DNA of 64,000 bases from an uncultured cyanobacterium (GCA_963706595.1 OY970166.1:2848001-2912000); one strand, 5' to 3'. Counted from the stretch's first letter, positions 9,718 through 20,555 are shown. Numbers and translations: made by a program. The notes: generated by a model from the sequence alone, not told the origin.

Positions 9718-10851
9718 CTAAGGATTTAATAAAGCTATACAGTCACTTTCAGTCCACCAAGCGTAAATAGGTGTATCACGGTCTGGTAAATTGCCAAAGG
9801 TATTGGGCTGCAAAACATTGATACTCATACCATTGATCAATTCCACAACATAACTAACGTGGGTTCCCAAATACATGACCTTACCCAGCCGAGCTTCAAA
9901 GCAGTTAGTTAATACACTAGGGTGATAAAGTGAAAGTTGGATTTTTTCTGGGCGCACACTCACCACTACGGCTTGAGATAATTCAGTTGGTGTCTCTTGA
10001 CTGCGGGCGACGGTAATTTTAAGTCCCGTTTTCGTCTGAATTTGTATGCTTGAGGATTCGACATGAGTGATTTCACCACTAAATAAATTAGTGTCACCAA
10101 TAAAATCTGCGACAAAGGGCGTTTGGGGCTGTTCGTAAATTTGTCGAGGAGTCCCAACTTGCTCAATTTTGCCTTGATTCATCACGGCGATGCGATCGCT
10201 CAAGGACATAGCCTCTTCCTGATCGTGTGTCACCATGATGAAGGTCAATCCTAAAGTCTTATGTATATTCGATAACTCTAACTGCATCTCTTTACGCAGT
10301 TTTAAGTCTAAAGCCCCCAAAGGTTCATCTAGTAATAAGACAGTGGGGCGATTGACTAAAGCCCTGGCTAACGCCACCCGTTGCTGTTGACCACCAGAAA
10401 GCTGACTGGGAAAGCGCGATCGCAAACTTTCCATTTTGACCAGCATTAAAGCTTCTTTAACTCTAGTTTCGATTTCTGATTTGCTGAATTTTTTGTGGAG
10501 GCGCAGCCCAAAAGCGATGTTATCCCAGACATTTATATGATTAAACAGAGCGTAGCTTTGAAAGACAGTATTCACAGGTCGGCGATAAGCAGGGACATTA
10601 GTCATCGGCTGACCCTGAATCAACACCTTCCCAGCATCAGTCATCTCAAACCCAGCGATTAAGCGTAATATGGTTGTTTTACCACAACCAGAAGGGCCTA
10701 AAATACTAAAGAATTCGCCCTGTCTGATATCTAAATCGACTCCATGTACTGCTGGTTCTTTGTTAAAAAACTTGAACACGTGACGCAGTTCAACATCCAG
10801 TGGTTGAAATGTGGTGATTTTATTTTGATTTTGCGCGACAGTTTGAGTCAT
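9718..10851 (-). CDS. potA: Polyamine ABC transporter ATP-binding protein
   Basis: GPSGCGKT, LSGGQQQR, LLLDEPLGALD, C-terminal TOBE-like region. Confidence 0.9.
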   Translation of the reverse strand: MTQTVAQNQNKITTFQPLDVELRHVFKFFNKEPAVHGVDLDIRQGEFFSILGPSGCGKTTILRLIAGFEMTDAGKVLIQGQPMTNVPAYRRPVNTVFQSYALFNHINVWDNIAFGLRLHKKFSKSEIETRVKEALMLVKMESLRSRFPSQLSGGQQQRVALARALVNRPTVLLLDEPLGALDLKLRKEMQLELSNIHKTLGLTFIMVTHDQEEAMSLSDRIAVMNQGKIEQVGTPRQIYEQPQTPFVADFIGDTNLFSGEITHVESSSIQIQTKTGLKITVARSQETPTELSQAVVVSVRPEKIQLSLYHPSVLTNCFEARLGKVMYLGTHVSYVVELINGMSINVLQPNTFGNLPDRDTPIYAWWTESDCIALLNP

Positions 10852-11206
10852 AATCCTGAGTAGAATGCTCTGATATTAGAATATTTTGTCATTTTAGCGT
10901 CGTCTATTCAAACTTATAATTGGGTAACTAGAGCTGGCTAAGACTGGAGACGAAACAAGCAATTCCCAATTCCCAATTCCCAGGGGGATTTAAACCCTCA
11001 TGGAAACACAAACTACGTGCAGAGGTAAACCCTGGGCGTGCTGTGTAAGGTAGGGGTATTAGACCCTTTGCTGATTGATAAATTATGCAGTATAAAAGTT
11101 GCTTGAAAGTGCATAGGTCAGGCGATCGCTTTGGTGCTAAATCCCTAGCAAGCATTTAGCATAATTCTATACATATTAATACTAGTTTAGAAAATTTATT
11201 TGTCTT

Positions 11207-13015
11207 ATGACCTTATTACAACCATCCCCACTTGGCGGCAAAAAAGATATCCGGACAGTAGGCCGAAATTTTCAGCCAGTATTTTTAATTGCCTTTACCC
11301 TATTCATGACCACTGGAATCGGCGTGCGGTTGGCATATATACAAATTGTCGAAGGAGCGAAACACCGTTCGAGAGCAGAAGCTAACCGAGTGCGGATCAT
11401 TCCCAAACAACCAGAACGGGGTAATATTTTTGACCGTCATGGGCAACTTTTAGCTAGTACGCGTCATCCGCGCTCTGTATATTTGTGGCCAATGGCACAT
11501 ACCAAACCGGGGTGGTCGGTGATCGGTTCACGGCTAGAGAAAATTCTGGATATCCCCAAAGCGGAACTAGAAAAACAATTACAAGCAGCAGGCCCCAACT
11601 CTTCTTCACTCATTCGCATTGCGCGTGACCTGAATGAAGCCCAAATCACAGTTCTCAAAGAGTATCAAAACGAATTAAAAGATGTCGAAATCCATACCGA
11701 AGCAGTTCGCTACTACCCCCACGGCAAAGAGTTAGCCCATGTACTGGGATATACGCGAGAATTAACTGCCGAACAGTTAAAACAAAAGCGGGAATCAGGC
11801 TATCGATTAGGAGATGTCATTGGTCAGATGGGGTCGGAAAAGGCTTACGAAAATCTTCTTCGAGGCGAATGGGGCGGTCAGCAAGTAGAAGTAGATGGCG
11901 CGGGTCGTCCGCTCCGGGTATTGGGAGAAAAAAAGGCAAGGTCGGGTAATGATTTAAATTTAACCATAGATTTAAAACTGCAAATGGCCGCAGACAAAGC
12001 TTTAGGCAATTACAACGGTGCGATCGTGGCAATTGACCCCAAGAATGGCGCAGTTTTAGCAATGGTGTCTCGTCCCACCTTTGACCCCAATATCTTCTCT
12101 AAACAAAAACTGACCCAGAAAGATTGGGAAACTGTCCAAGGTGCAAACCATCCTTTAGTTAATCGCGCTCTGAGTGCTTTTCCGCCCGCCAGTACCTTCA
12201 AAATTGTGACTACGGCGGCTGCGTTGGAATCAGGTAAATTTGCGCCTAACACAATCCTACAAACCTACGGTTCCTTAACCATTGGTGGGACTAGATTTGG
12301 TGAATGGAACCACGCCGGATTTGGTCCTTTAGGTTTTGTGGGCGCAATGCAGTGGAGTAGTGATACTTTCTTTTATCAAACTGCTAGAGCAGTGGGTGGC
12401 CCCACTTTGATTGAATGGACTCGTAAATTTGGATTTGGTCAAAAAACTGGCTTTGATTTTGAATCGGAGGAAAGCAGAGGTTTAGTACCAGACGACGAGT
12501 GGAAACGCAAAACTCGGAAAATGCCTTGGAGTATAGGAGACAGCATTAATATGTCAATTGGCCAAGGTGCTTTGTTAGCTACTCCTTTGCAAGTAGCTGT
12601 CATGTTTGCTGTGCCAGCTAATGGCGGCTATCTAGTTCAACCCCATCTGCTCAAAGATAATGAAGAAGCCAGAAGTTGGCGAGAACCTGTGAAGATGAAA
12701 CCGACAACCCTGAAAATTATCCAAGACGGACTCAGGAAGGTGATCACTGAGGGTACTGGTACAGTTTTGGATAAACCCACACTTCCCCCAGTCGCGGGTA
12801 AAACAGGCACAGCCGAAGCCTGGCAGCGTGGGGTGAAAAAAAATCATGCTTGGTTTGGTGCTTATGCCCCAGCAGACAAGCCAGAAGTCCTGATCGTCGT
12901 TTTTACTGAACATTCTGGTGGTGGTGGTGGTAGTCTGGCTGGCCCGATGCTTTTAGAAATTATGGAAGACTACTTTCAACGCAAGTACCCTGGTAAGTAT
13001 CAAAAGCCAAATTAA
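11207..13015 (+). CDS. mrdA: Penicillin-binding protein 2 (class B transpeptidase)
   Basis: STFK (SxxK), SSD (SxD), KTGT motifs; N-terminal TM; RGNIFDR dimerisation-domain motif. Confidence 0.9.
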   Translation: MTLLQPSPLGGKKDIRTVGRNFQPVFLIAFTLFMTTGIGVRLAYIQIVEGAKHRSRAEANRVRIIPKQPERGNIFDRHGQLLASTRHPRSVYLWPMAHTKPGWSVIGSRLEKILDIPKAELEKQLQAAGPNSSSLIRIARDLNEAQITVLKEYQNELKDVEIHTEAVRYYPHGKELAHVLGYTRELTAEQLKQKRESGYRLGDVIGQMGSEKAYENLLRGEWGGQQVEVDGAGRPLRVLGEKKARSGNDLNLTIDLKLQMAADKALGNYNGAIVAIDPKNGAVLAMVSRPTFDPNIFSKQKLTQKDWETVQGANHPLVNRALSAFPPASTFKIVTTAAALESGKFAPNTILQTYGSLTIGGTRFGEWNHAGFGPLGFVGAMQWSSDTFFYQTARAVGGPTLIEWTRKFGFGQKTGFDFESEESRGLVPDDEWKRKTRKMPWSIGDSINMSIGQGALLATPLQVAVMFAVPANGGYLVQPHLLKDNEEARSWREPVKMKPTTLKIIQDGLRKVITEGTGTVLDKPTLPPVAGKTGTAEAWQRGVKKNHAWFGAYAPADKPEVLIVVFTEHSGGGGGSLAGPMLLEIMEDYFQRKYPGKYQKPN

Positions 13016-13032
13016 TATCCTCCCCACCCTAT

Positions 13033-13193
13033 CTACGGTGTACACACAAATCATTAAATTACTCCAAATCTTTTTTGTAGGGTGTGTTGTCGCGTAGCGC
13101 AACGCACCATCCTAGATTTTCGGTGTGTTATGGACGTTAGTCCTAACACACCCTACCCAAATAAAGGTTTTTAGACTTGTGTGTACACGTTAG
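13033..13193. mobile_element. MITE with IS50/IS4-like ends and an internal GTAG-type REP doublet
   Basis: Ends CTACGGTGTACACACAAAT and (rc) CTAACGTGTACACACAAGT resemble the IS50 outside end. Flanks CCACCCTAT / CCACCCTCT form a 9-bp duplication with 1 mismatch. Internal GTAGGGTG...CACCCTAC at 13077-13156. Confidence 0.75.
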
Positions 13194-13241
13194 CCACCCT
13201 CTAGAGGAATGGGGATTCTGCGATCGCTTCAGGTCGCGATA

Positions 13242-13646
13242 CTAGGGTTTTTGAGTGGAAATTGCTAACTTCGCCCCTTTGACCTGACGCACCCGATCCA
13301 TAATTGCCACTACCTGACCATGCCCTACTTTCTCATCAGCATTAATAATTACCAATGCTTCTGAGTTAGAACCAATAATAGTCCGTAATTGCTCTGCTAA
13401 AGAATCAACTTTACTAGGTTCACGATTAACGCTAATTACTCCGTTTTCCTCTACGGTGACGGTAATCTTCATGGGAATTTGCTGTTGTGTGGCGGTAGTT
13501 GCCGTAGGTAAATTCACGGGCAAACCTTCAGACCGAGTTAAAAACAGCGTTGACATGATAAAAAACGTTAAAATCGCAAAGATGACATCAATCATCGGTA
13601 AGATGTTGATCTGTGCTGGTAAATCTGCTTCATCGGGTAGACGCAT
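13242..13646 (-). CDS. exbD: Biopolymer transport protein ExbD
   Basis: INILPMIDVIFAILTFFIMS, VNLP, IINAD; overlaps the exbB stop. Confidence 0.9.
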   Translation of the reverse strand: MRLPDEADLPAQINILPMIDVIFAILTFFIMSTLFLTRSEGLPVNLPTATTATQQQIPMKITVTVEENGVISVNREPSKVDSLAEQLRTIIGSNSEALVIINADEKVGHGQVVAIMDRVRQVKGAKLAISTQKP

Positions 13647-14283
13647 AATTCCTCTCTCCTCGTTCGTAGCGGCGGCGGTAAAGTAACTCTAATTGTCCCC
13701 CATACTCTTGAATGAGTGCTATTTGACGGACATATAAACCCCGGAAGGAGTTGGCAAATAAGAGTGTAAATATCGCCACTACCAATCCTGTGGCTGTAGA
13801 AACCAACGCTTCACTGATACCAGCAGTTACACCTGTGGTTTTCGTTCCTCCCACATCACCAATATCTAGGGAAGCAAAGGACGCAATCAATCCTAATACA
13901 GTCCCTAGTAGACCTAATAGTGGTGCTAAACCAATAATTGTCTCAAAGATGTTTTGAAAGCGTTTGAGTAAAGGTATCTCTGCTTGGGCTTCACTTTCTA
14001 ACGCCAAACGAAATTCTTCAGGATTTGGTTCTTCCAATTCCAACGCCGCCAGAAAAATCCGTGCTAAGGGCAAATCGGCATTTTTTTGGAGTTTATCGAT
14101 TGCACCAACTACGTTATCTAGCCGATAAAGTTTCAATACCTCTCTAATGACACTGCTTTGACGGTTATTGATTCTCACCCAAAACCGGATACGTTCAACA
14201 ATTAGCGCCACGGCTAACACTGAAAACCCGAACAGCGGCCACATTACTACACCGCCAGCCGTAAACAGATTATTAATTCCCAT
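13630..14283 (-). CDS. exbB: MotA/TolQ/ExbB proton channel protein
   Basis: APLLGLLGTVLGLI, GISEALVSTATGLVVAI. Confidence 0.9.
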   Translation of the reverse strand: MGINNLFTAGGVVMWPLFGFSVLAVALIVERIRFWVRINNRQSSVIREVLKLYRLDNVVGAIDKLQKNADLPLARIFLAALELEEPNPEEFRLALESEAQAEIPLLKRFQNIFETIIGLAPLLGLLGTVLGLIASFASLDIGDVGGTKTTGVTAGISEALVSTATGLVVAIFTLLFANSFRGLYVRQIALIQEYGGQLELLYRRRYERGERNYASTR

Positions 14284-14339
14284 CTAATGCCTCGTCACAA
14301 ATAATTAATACACATCCAGATGAGTTGAATCTTCAGGCA

Positions 14340-14395
14340 AATTGATACTTTTTGTCAAGAGAGTATCAAGGGTTATTAAAAATCACTTTCAATTT
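14340..14395. promoter_or_regulatory. Possible Fur-type AT-rich operator upstream of exbB
   Basis: Inverted TTGATACT...AGTATCAA and ATTAAAAATCACTTTCAAT upstream of an iron-uptake energiser. Confidence 0.3.
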
Positions 14396-14438
14396 TATGA
14401 ATAAATTTCCCCATTTACCAGTGTTTTACTGTGAAAAA

Positions 14439-15620
14439 TTAGACTGATGGTTCTTGGTATTTGACTCCTCTTTTTTTATGCCGATACTCAGCAACGATAG
14501 GATAAACTATGCTGCGTAACCGATTGATTGCGCCGACAGGACGATGTACTGCGAGACCATTCCAAACAGAAAAGCGCAGATTTTCTCCAAAGTCGTCTTC
14601 TTGGGGAGAGTGAATGTTCTGATGTTTAACTGTCAGACGACCAACTGTAAAGAAGGGTGATTCCTCTTCATTCCACGTAATGGTAGTATCATCAATGGAC
14701 ATCTCTGGGCTAGTTTGAAATTGGATTTGAAAGTCCCAATAGTATTCAGCATCAGGCTTTGCTAAAGCTTGAGTTAGTTCCTCTCGGTAGTGGTTGTCTT
14801 CTGAGCCTAATGCTTTGGCACGCTTAAGTTCGCTTTCTGGTCTGGGCTGGAAAGGAAGCTGTTGATGAGGTGATTGACTAGAAACCGGAGTAAATGCATA
14901 TTTAATTACAGCTGGATATTCCATAGGAACTAGACTCGTTTTTGTGGGATCAAAATCTGATTTGAGTCCTATAGAATAGGCTGAAGCACTCCAATAACGT
15001 TCTGTGAGCAAACTATTAGGAGTTCGTTTGAAACCATTTTTTAGAAGTGAGAATTCATGGGGATTGAACAGTAGCCATAAAAGCGTGGACAGCTTCAGAA
15101 ATGGAGATAGCCCTGATCGATAAACCGCTAAAAAAAAGCTGTAAAACTTTTTAATGGTTTTCACAAAAAAGAATTCGACATTGTGGACAATAATATCTTG
15201 GGTTTTTGACTCGTGACTTTGCTCTAGTCGTTCTCCTTCTACCCCGATTATTTTTACAGCCATCGATCGCGTATCTGGTTCATAATCATTTTTAACTGAA
15301 AAAGCACCATTAGCAAATCGTAACCACACCGGATATTGTTTTGGGTTGGCAAATAAACCTTGTTTGAGGGAAATGGCTGAAAGTTGAGCTTCTGTTAATG
15401 AGGTGCGTTTGCTCAGTTCTTGTTTAATTACTGCTTCATCAAAGTCAAAGATTTCTAGAGTTCCTTGAACAGCCGCGTGGGTTTTAGCATGAGTATCTCT
15501 CTTGGCGGGTTCTTTTTTCTCGTCCCCGTAAAGATTTTCCATTCGCTTTGTAGCTAGGTCACTCATGAGATGGGAGTATTTGAGTTCGTCTTTTTCTGGG
15601 TATTCGGTAAATAGTTTCAT
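14439..15620 (-). CDS. Catalase-related hemoprotein (fatty-acid hydroperoxide lyase-like)
   Basis: RDTHAKTH distal His, WLRFAN, DTRSMAVK, RLRSIVY proximal Tyr; ~390-aa mini-catalase directly after a dioxygenase gene. Confidence 0.8.
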   Translation of the reverse strand: MKLFTEYPEKDELKYSHLMSDLATKRMENLYGDEKKEPAKRDTHAKTHAAVQGTLEIFDFDEAVIKQELSKRTSLTEAQLSAISLKQGLFANPKQYPVWLRFANGAFSVKNDYEPDTRSMAVKIIGVEGERLEQSHESKTQDIIVHNVEFFFVKTIKKFYSFFLAVYRSGLSPFLKLSTLLWLLFNPHEFSLLKNGFKRTPNSLLTERYWSASAYSIGLKSDFDPTKTSLVPMEYPAVIKYAFTPVSSQSPHQQLPFQPRPESELKRAKALGSEDNHYREELTQALAKPDAEYYWDFQIQFQTSPEMSIDDTTITWNEEESPFFTVGRLTVKHQNIHSPQEDDFGENLRFSVWNGLAVHRPVGAINRLRSIVYPIVAEYRHKKRGVKYQEPSV

Positions 15621-15713
15621 TTGGGAAAATATCGGATTAATTAATCAATTGAGTTGATTCGTAGGATACGTTACACTTCTGTATGACGTACCCTACAGAA
15701 TGGGAGTGTTCAA

Positions 15714-17342
15714 TTAAAGGTCAAAAGTAACTTTGTACTTTTTATCTGATGCCGGAACATTCCGATTAACTAAATCTGAGACTGTGTTGGTATTCTGAAT
15801 AATTTCCCAACCCACAGGCGAAAAAGTCTCTTTATTGAAAATATTGGGTGATAGTAAAGGATTAGTTAAGGCCTGAGAAAAGGCATCAATTCCAATTAAG
15901 CGTGCTACTAGGGGAGGGATAGTTGAATTTTCTCGCCCATCCTCGGCATAAAGTCCGACAAAGAATTCAATCTGATCAACATGACCATATAATTCTTTGA
16001 GTTTCTGTTGAGCAAATTCATCGCTGGTAACTTGTTCAAATTTAGTTACTCTGGGAAAACCACACATTTCACGATAATCGTTGTAGCTTGCTAATTGTAG
16101 CTGTCTTCCCAGTCGAATTGAGGGTAATTCAGTTAATTCAACTAATATGTCAGGGGTGTTAAATAAACCAATTTTTGTACCTGGTTGAGAACAAGTTTCT
16201 TCCATCAATGCCCCTAAACCTTGGTCAATAAACATTTTATTGTTCCAAAGAGATGCAGCAATATGGGTTGGTTTACCGTTATAGTTAAAAGTCTCTGGAA
16301 TCGCACTATGCCAGCGATAAACAAAGTCAAACTCAATGGCCATATAATTGGTACGATGCCAACTTTCCTTAGTAAAAGCTTCAGGATCGGCAAATAACTT
16401 AAAGTGATAAGGAGTGATGTGGTTAATGTACTCTTCCATGATGATTTTAAGAATCATTGCCATGAGAATATTTCTCGATGTTTGAAAGAGTCGTTCATCA
16501 TCCCAATCTGGATAATTGCTTGCTAGTTGCTCACAAAGACGATTATGTTCCCGAAGACAAAGAGTATTGAGCATGACATAGCCAATTTGCACATTTGCTC
16601 GTTCTACTCCCATCGCAAACATATATTGTTTTTTATCTACGGACTGTCTTTTTTCATCATTAAGGGGTTGATAAAGACCGTCAAATTCAGGCTTAACTTG
16701 ATCCTGGGCTGCATCAGCATAATAAAACAGGGGATATTCTTCTTCTACACCATCTTGGCGTTTGAGTTTCTGAGTTTTTAATTTACCTCCTTGAAAACTT
16801 CTTAACAGATGTGTTTGTTTCCTGGTTAAACCATAAACATTACACAAATCAATTTCATGGTTGGAAGTATTTTTTAGTTTATTTAAATGATCAATGCGAA
16901 GGAAGCTATCTGTAAACCACTGTACCCAATAGGGAAACAACATGGTTGATTTGCTTGAATAAATGGTTTTACCATCTTTTTTGCGAAATAAAATAGCTAG
17001 GTCTTCAACTTTAGGTAAATTCCCCTCAGCGTTTAACTTGGGGTCTGGTGGGAGATGTCTTCCTGTGTAAGTGCGATCGTTGAGTGATTCCCAGGAGGTA
17101 TAAGTATCAGTTTTTTTGGGGATTTTAGTATCAGGGATATACTCATCTAGAGTCATCATACTGTAGGGATTAGGACGAGTCGGAATTTTATAGATGAGAC
17201 TATTAAGCAGAGTTTTGTTAACTTTACGTTTTAGAGATTCGTTGCTTTGGAGAAGTTGCCAAAATCCTTTAAAGTTTGTTAACAGTAATGTTTGAAGTTT
17301 GTTGCCTAAACCGTCTTTGGATGTGTCTCTTTTGCCAGCCAT
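15714..17342 (-). CDS. Cyclooxygenase-like heme peroxidase / fatty-acid dioxygenase
   Basis: QWFTD, LREHNRLC, WDDERLFQTSR, and EFDFVYRWH (catalytic Tyr plus proximal His, as in COX). Confidence 0.85.
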   Translation of the reverse strand: MAGKRDTSKDGLGNKLQTLLLTNFKGFWQLLQSNESLKRKVNKTLLNSLIYKIPTRPNPYSMMTLDEYIPDTKIPKKTDTYTSWESLNDRTYTGRHLPPDPKLNAEGNLPKVEDLAILFRKKDGKTIYSSKSTMLFPYWVQWFTDSFLRIDHLNKLKNTSNHEIDLCNVYGLTRKQTHLLRSFQGGKLKTQKLKRQDGVEEEYPLFYYADAAQDQVKPEFDGLYQPLNDEKRQSVDKKQYMFAMGVERANVQIGYVMLNTLCLREHNRLCEQLASNYPDWDDERLFQTSRNILMAMILKIIMEEYINHITPYHFKLFADPEAFTKESWHRTNYMAIEFDFVYRWHSAIPETFNYNGKPTHIAASLWNNKMFIDQGLGALMEETCSQPGTKIGLFNTPDILVELTELPSIRLGRQLQLASYNDYREMCGFPRVTKFEQVTSDEFAQQKLKELYGHVDQIEFFVGLYAEDGRENSTIPPLVARLIGIDAFSQALTNPLLSPNIFNKETFSPVGWEIIQNTNTVSDLVNRNVPASDKKYKVTFDL

Positions 17343-17414
17343 AATTATTTCTCCCTGTTTTTTCCAATTTTGTATGCAATGTACTCAAAATTTATCTACT
17401 TCGATCAACCAAAT

Positions 17415-18443
17415 TTATTCTAAATCTTGCAGTTTAGAAATAATTTTTTGGAGATTTTTGGGTTGATAATCTTTGCGGCTTTTCAATCGCTTGATCGTGC
17501 TTTCATGAAGGTCTTCAATGACATCGCTGACATCACGAAACTTGATTCCTGCAAGTTTAAAGAATCCAGGATCATTTTTAAAGTCACATTCATAATTGGG
17601 GTTAATACCTGTGGGAATCATATTTATATCGAAGTCAAGCCCCAATTTCATTTCACTGATGCAGTCAATCATCCACTGTAAGACAGTATCTGATAACCCA
17701 ATATGTTCTTCGGTTCCACCACCAATGCAGCCGTGACTACCGGGGAACCACTTTTGAATCACCCTCTGGCTTTGGTTGTCGGCTTCGGGATGCTTTTGCA
17801 TGGGGGTGACATCAAAAACTTTGCGGAGTTCGTCGATGGCCATAGCGTGCAAGGCATTTTGAACACATTTGTTTAATGTAGTGTCATGGAATTTGTACCG
17901 CTTATTCAGCTGCTCGTTCAATTTGCTGAAGAAGGGTATGCCAATTCCAGGAATACCAAGGGCCCCAACTGTGTCAAAACAACCGAGCAAGGTGATGGAG
18001 ACGCGATCGCCGTAAGATTTTCGGTATTGGGTTGCTTCGTGATCACTGGGTTTAACACTCCGTTTACGGTAAAGCTCGTAAGCTTCATGTGCTTTGGTGA
18101 TATTGCTGCGGTCTAGAAGACCAGAACAATAGATCATCCCCGCGAGGCTTCTAACTGTGTATGCACCGCGACTGAAACCGAACAGATAGATTTCGTCACC
18201 AGGAGTATAATTGAGGCTCAGAAATCGGTAGCCATCTTCTATATTTTTATCGATTCCGGCTCCGGTAATTCCCCCTGCAACTTTTTGACTCTCGGTGCCA
18301 ATGCCCGCGTCATAAAATACGATCTGTGTAATTCCATCGTTGGCGACTGGTTTCACAGATTGAGCTAATTTCACCACGTTGCTTGGGCAAGGACTTGCTA
18401 AATTTTGCCAAGTTCCATCACAACAAACCACTAGACGTTTCAT
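17415..18443 (-). CDS. DUF2235 / Tle1-like alpha/beta hydrolase (putative phospholipase)
   Basis: VVCCDGTWQ, FGFSRGAYTVR (GxSxG), GCFDTVG, HAMAIDE, WFPGSHGCIGGG. Confidence 0.85.
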   Translation of the reverse strand: MKRLVVCCDGTWQNLASPCPSNVVKLAQSVKPVANDGITQIVFYDAGIGTESQKVAGGITGAGIDKNIEDGYRFLSLNYTPGDEIYLFGFSRGAYTVRSLAGMIYCSGLLDRSNITKAHEAYELYRKRSVKPSDHEATQYRKSYGDRVSITLLGCFDTVGALGIPGIGIPFFSKLNEQLNKRYKFHDTTLNKCVQNALHAMAIDELRKVFDVTPMQKHPEADNQSQRVIQKWFPGSHGCIGGGTEEHIGLSDTVLQWMIDCISEMKLGLDFDINMIPTGINPNYECDFKNDPGFFKLAGIKFRDVSDVIEDLHESTIKRLKSRKDYQPKNLQKIISKLQDLE

Positions 18444-18717
18444 AGTGTTTTAAAGTCTTTGAGTAATTAGAAATGATGATATTCCGTTGCCAACAATAAA
18501 GCCGTCAACAAGACGATATCTGCCAAACTGTTGGCATACTGCGTCGAATGGGTTCCGGGGTATTTACGGGTCAAGACTCGTAAATTCGCGGTTTGTCATC
18601 GGTATTAATAGTATATTCCATAAGTTTAAGGCATCCACGAGATTTTTCAGGATTTTTCTCATGGATGCTTTTGAACGCTATGATCTGACAGGTAACTAGA
18701 TGCGATGGCAATTTAGA

Positions 18718-19536
18718 TCATGGTTGTGTGGAGTTGAGATTTCTGGCTTTGTAAAATAATTCTAAACTATGGCGATCGCCTACAAAACGCCAGTGCCAAG
18801 GTTCATAACTCACACCTTGAGAATTATTCTCTGGAAAAGAAATTTCAAAGCCAAAACGCGCCGCATTGCCTTCTAACCACTTAAAAGCCTTCGTATTTTC
18901 AAAGTTGGTTTGCAGATTAGTGGCTGGTACTGACCCATCTCCTATATCCACAGCGTAACCTGTATGATGTTCACTGTGTCCAGGCGGCGCACTCACCGCA
19001 GCCCTTTCCGATGGGGTTTGATTGCGTCTAGCACCAACTCCAAAAAATAACTGTTCTTGCTCTTTTACAGAACGAAAACCAGAAATTGCCACTAAAATTA
19101 CACCCTCACGCCGCGCCGCTTGCGTCATCGCCTTATACCTTTCGGCTGCAACTTTTCGCAGTCTGATGCGCCTATCTGCGGTAATTGGTAAGAGTTCCGA
19201 CTCTGGCGCTTCTGGGTATGTCAAATGACCTAACAGCGCATCAACATTATTATCTTGACTATTGACAGAATCACTAGTTTGTGTATCGGTGGGAGTTGTG
19301 CCAGTAGATGCAGGTTCAGAGACAACTGTGTTTCTGGGTGCGATCACAAAGAACCAAAAACTAGCAATTAAACCCAGGACGATTAACCCGGATATTCCGG
19401 TGATCAGTAAAGTTAGACGTGGCGAAAGTCGCTTAGGTGCGGCTTCAGGGCTATCGCGTAAAGCTACGGGAATATCTTCTTCGCTAGAGTCACCTGATAA
19501 GTTATGCGGTTGTCCAGAAAACCGAGCTTTATTCAA
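18718..19536 (-). CDS. D-Ala-D-Ala carboxypeptidase, peptidase M15B (VanY-like)
   Basis: SGFRS, SEHHTGYAVD, YEPWHWRF; N-terminal TM. Confidence 0.88.
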   Translation of the reverse strand: MNKARFSGQPHNLSGDSSEEDIPVALRDSPEAAPKRLSPRLTLLITGISGLIVLGLIASFWFFVIAPRNTVVSEPASTGTTPTDTQTSDSVNSQDNNVDALLGHLTYPEAPESELLPITADRRIRLRKVAAERYKAMTQAARREGVILVAISGFRSVKEQEQLFFGVGARRNQTPSERAAVSAPPGHSEHHTGYAVDIGDGSVPATNLQTNFENTKAFKWLEGNAARFGFEISFPENNSQGVSYEPWHWRFVGDRHSLELFYKARNLNSTQP

Positions 19537-19637
19537 GGATCAACTCCTGCTTTTGTGCAATATTCTTCAAAGATTGTAGACTGGACAGAAATAAACATCT
19601 TCCGTAGTATTCACATCTATTATTCTTCAGCACAATC

Positions 19638-20555
19638 TTGGCTAACCTCCTAGAACTATACGTCAAACTTGTGGGATTAGTCCTAGTAGGCTTTTTTCTG
19701 GGACGCAAACTACCTAACACAGTTCCTACCCGTCTGGCTCAATGGTTATTTTGGGTAGGAGTACCGATAAGCATCGTCGCTTTTTTACGCCGAGCCGACT
19801 TATCGGGACAGATTTGGATTGCTCCGGCGATCGCCTATTTAGCCATTTTACTAGGGGCATTTTTGGCTTGGTGGGGAATGAAAGGGCAAGCCTATTTCAC
19901 CAAAACCATTCACCAAAAATCAACTCAAGGTAGTTTGCTTCTAGCGGCCATGCTGGGTAACACTGGTTATCTTGGCTTTCCCATCACCCTCGCCTTAGTC
20001 GGGCAAGAATACTTTGCCTGGGCTTTATTTTACGATATGTTGGGATCACTATTCGGTGCTTATGGCTTCGGAATAGTCTTGGCCTCTTATTTTGGCGGTA
20101 ATGTCGGTAATTATGGGCAAATTACCAAATCCATTGTGATTAATCCGGCTCTGTGGAGTTTTGGCTTTGGCTTGCTATTTCGAGCCGTGACGCTCCCCCC
20201 TATCTGGGAATCTAGCCTAGAAAAATTAGGTTGGGGCGTGATTGCTTTAACTTTAGTATTAATTGGAATGCGACTTTCCCAGCTTAATTCTTGGCACAGA
20301 CTACCAGAAGCCGGAATCAGCTTAATCATTAAAATGTTAATTGTTCCTTTAGCTATCGGCGGTATATTACCACTTTTTGGCGTAACTGGTGAACCAGCCC
20401 TAGTAATTGTGCTACAAATATCAATGCCTCCAGCATTCGCCACCTTAGTAATTGCTGAAACCTTTAATCTTGACCGCGACCTTGCAGTTACCTCTTTAGC
20501 GGTTGGCTCTCTGGTATTACTGCTGACGCTCCCCATTTGGCTATGGCTGTTTTAA
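19638..20555 (+). CDS. AEC family transporter
   Basis: GNTGYLGFPI, INPAL, SMPPAF; polytopic membrane protein. Confidence 0.85.
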   Translation: MANLLELYVKLVGLVLVGFFLGRKLPNTVPTRLAQWLFWVGVPISIVAFLRRADLSGQIWIAPAIAYLAILLGAFLAWWGMKGQAYFTKTIHQKSTQGSLLLAAMLGNTGYLGFPITLALVGQEYFAWALFYDMLGSLFGAYGFGIVLASYFGGNVGNYGQITKSIVINPALWSFGFGLLFRAVTLPPIWESSLEKLGWGVIALTLVLIGMRLSQLNSWHRLPEAGISLIIKMLIVPLAIGGILPLFGVTGEPALVIVLQISMPPAFATLVIAETFNLDRDLAVTSLAVGSLVLLLTLPIWLWLF

